Shown: positions 62,200 to 64,000 of the stretch, one piece after another
Layout: every line of letters begins with the position of its first letter
How positions within the stretch are numbered: position 1 is the stretch's first letter
Assembly (NCBI GenBank): GCA_977020255.1
Contig: CDROCS010004705.1
Location: 62,001-126,000, forward strand
Direction: 5' to 3'
Length of the DNA: 64,000 nucleotides
Source: Obrimoposthia wandeli
Lineage: Eukaryota
Made by a program: the position numbers and the translations under genes
Notes under the pieces: model-generated
Database searches by the model: none
Told to the model about the DNA's origin: nothing
Seen by the model: only the letters and a program-made list of their open reading frames with translations

Positions 62200-62973
62200 A
62201 TGTCAGATTATGCCAGACCAATAGACGTTGCTAATTTGTGGCCCACTATTTTGCAAGAAGTTAGCCAAGAGCTGAAAAGCAGCCCTTTATTAGCAGCGTT
62301 TTTACAGCGCTCTATTTTAAAACATACGAGTTTCGAAGCAGCTTTGTGCCAAATTTTAGCTGAAAAACTGGCTGATGATCAAAGTGCAATCACGCAATGG
62401 CAAGAGTATCTTTATCGTATTATTTGTCAGCAACAGGCTGCACAGCCTAGCGCGAAAAGCACTATTAAGGCAGCGGCTTTGGCGGATTTATTATGCCAGT
62501 TACGCGCTAATGCCAGTATTAAAGATCACTACTCACCGTTATTGTTTTTTGCAGGTTACCAAGCACTACAGTGTTATCGATTTGCTCACTATTGCTGGCA
62601 TCATGAACAGCGTGCCATGGCCAGTTTTATACAAGCTAAGACGGTTACTTTATTCGGGGTTGATATTCATCCGGCAGCGCGCATTGGCTCAGGGATATTT
62701 TTAGATCATTCGGTGGCGGTTGTGATTGGCGAAACAGCAGTCGTGGAAGATGATGTGACTATCTTTCAAAGTGTTACTTTAGGTGGAACCGGCAAAGGCA
62801 GTGGTGATCGTCATCCAAAAGTACGGCAAGGTGCTTTTATAGGATCAGGTGCGCTGATCTACGGCAATATTGAAATCGGCAAAAATGCCAAAGTCGCCGG
62901 AGGCGCTGTTGTGGTTAAAGATGTAGCTGAAAACACAACGGTGCTTGGGGTTGCAGCAGCCGTTAAAAAGTAA
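62200..62973 (+). CDS. Serine O-acetyltransferase (CysE)-like, divergent paralog
   Basis: SATase_N-like helices, GVDIHPAARIG.GIFLDH, VTLGGTGK..GDRHPK; ends VKK with no C-terminal Ile tail. Confidence 0.88.
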   Translation: MSDYARPIDVANLWPTILQEVSQELKSSPLLAAFLQRSILKHTSFEAALCQILAEKLADDQSAITQWQEYLYRIICQQQAAQPSAKSTIKAAALADLLCQLRANASIKDHYSPLLFFAGYQALQCYRFAHYCWHHEQRAMASFIQAKTVTLFGVDIHPAARIGSGIFLDHSVAVVIGETAVVEDDVTIFQSVTLGGTGKGSGDRHPKVRQGAFIGSGALIYGNIEIGKNAKVAGGAVVVKDVAENTTVLGVAAAVKK

Positions 62974-63023
62974 TAAAACTAGCTAGCAAGCAATAATCAA
63001 TTAAGCATTAGAGGATAGGTAAA

Positions 63024-63923
63024 ATGGCAGCTAACAAAAAAAATCATTTAGGTATTGATCATCCCCTCGTAGCCATTGCTGATATGGACAAAGCGGCTGC
63101 GGATTTTGCGCGTTTAGGTTTTTTTATAAACCCCAGGCATCACCACCCTTGGGGCACCGATAACCACTTATTAATGTTTCCTGAAAACTTTATTGAGCTG
63201 ATTAGCGTCTATGATCACAGCACATTAGATATGACGAATGAAAAAGGTTTTGCTTTTGGCCGCTTTATTCAAAACTCGATAGAGCGTAAAGAGGGGATAT
63301 CGCTGGTGGCATTACACAGTGAAGATGCGCGAGCTGACCATCAAATGTTAGAAGAGCGCGGTGTAGAAAATCAGGGCATCGTTGATTTTCGCCGTGTTGC
63401 CCATAAACCAGATGGAAGTGAAGAAGAGGCGGTGGTCTCATTAGTGATGCTCATCAACTCACAAGAGCCGGCGGTATCAAACTTTTTTTGCCATCAACAC
63501 AAGCCCGATTTAGTGTGGGTTAAGGATTGGATGACACATGCTAATGGCGCTAATGCGATTACCATGGTAAGTTACATCGCAAACAATCCAGCTGACTTTT
63601 ATGTACGCTTTTCAGGTATTTATGGCGAAGAGGCGGTGAGTGTTGAAGAAGGGCTATTAGTAGCGAAAACTGATAGAGGTGATTTTGAAATACTCAGCCC
63701 AGCACGTGCTAAAGTGCGCTTTGCAGGCGTTGAAATACCTTGCACTGAGCAACAGCAACCTAGTGGCATTGCCATTCGAGTAACGACACATTCAATTGCT
63801 CAAGCCAAAGCACATTTAGAAGAAAATCAAGTTGTATACTTTGTGACTGAGGAAGGCGGATTACGCATTAGCGCTAGCTATGCGGGTAATACTATAATTG
63901 AAATATATCCAGAGGTTATCTGA
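63024..63923 (+). CDS. VOC / glyoxalase_3 family protein
   Basis: GIDHPLVA..D....A.F.RLGF......HPWGT.NHL..F..NFIEL; HANGA. Confidence 0.85.
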   Translation: MAANKKNHLGIDHPLVAIADMDKAAADFARLGFFINPRHHHPWGTDNHLLMFPENFIELISVYDHSTLDMTNEKGFAFGRFIQNSIERKEGISLVALHSEDARADHQMLEERGVENQGIVDFRRVAHKPDGSEEEAVVSLVMLINSQEPAVSNFFCHQHKPDLVWVKDWMTHANGANAITMVSYIANNPADFYVRFSGIYGEEAVSVEEGLLVAKTDRGDFEILSPARAKVRFAGVEIPCTEQQQPSGIAIRVTTHSIAQAKAHLEENQVVYFVTEEGGLRISASYAGNTIIEIYPEVI

Positions 63924-63963
63924 TTGTAGATAGCGGCTATTTATAAAAATAAGAGGCACACTA

Positions 63964-64000
63964 ATGAGTTCGATAGCTAAAGACAGCGAATTACACCAGC
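63964..64000 (+). CDS. 5' fragment of the next operon gene (MSSIAKDSELHQ...), truncated by the window edge
   Basis: GAGG RBS then ATG 63964, open to the end of the window. Confidence 0.55.
   Translation, partial: MSSIAKDSELHQ

Noticed and set aside
61920-62234. Lys-rich 104-aa ORF spanning the minisatellite
   Set aside because: Its first ~150 nt overlap the ALDH gene out of frame and its end overlaps cysE. The openness is explained by the repeat.
2035-62704. Many short ORFs in the six-frame track lying antisense to or inside long genes (e.g. 2035-2295, 6829-7209, 14349-14663, 42018-42410, 58338-58790)
   Set aside because: They fully overlap well-supported CDSs, show no recognisable motifs or RBS, and are expected shadow ORFs.

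Overview
AT-rich chromosomal segment. Gene content suggests a marine Gammaproteobacterium, probably Alteromonadales-like (inference). The left ~33 kb is mostly ordinary: a yejABEF peptide ABC transporter, oligopeptidase B, MCPs, a siderophore-interacting protein with a Fur box, a NOX-like ferric reductase with a two-component system, TatD, LysR, D-serine dehydratase, a PAS-GAF-GGDEF-EAL protein and a sugar kinase. Four genes there (yejA, an MCP, an SDR, the EAL protein) are broken by dense indel clusters that look like long-read assembly errors. The right half is accessory and holds the best leads: (1) a complete ehuABCD-type ectoine-family ABC importer joined to a non-canonical enzyme set (MetC-like lyase, metal-site-intact M24 hydrolase, EutA-like racemase, M20 amidohydrolase, Lrp regulator) with no eutBCE genes in the window; (2) three ~63-bp hairpin direct repeats that each bracket one orphan ORF; (3) an orphan Tdi1/DUF1851-like lipoprotein bounded by attC-like half-sites, plus a second run of five cassette-like small genes; (4) a dehydrogenase/ALDH/CysE-paralog/VOC operon with a 12-bp minisatellite built on the ALDH stop codon. 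A second dispersed 27-bp palindrome occurs four times. I saw no tRNA, rRNA, CRISPR array, integrase or transposase. All family calls are from motif recognition by eye; no database searches were run.
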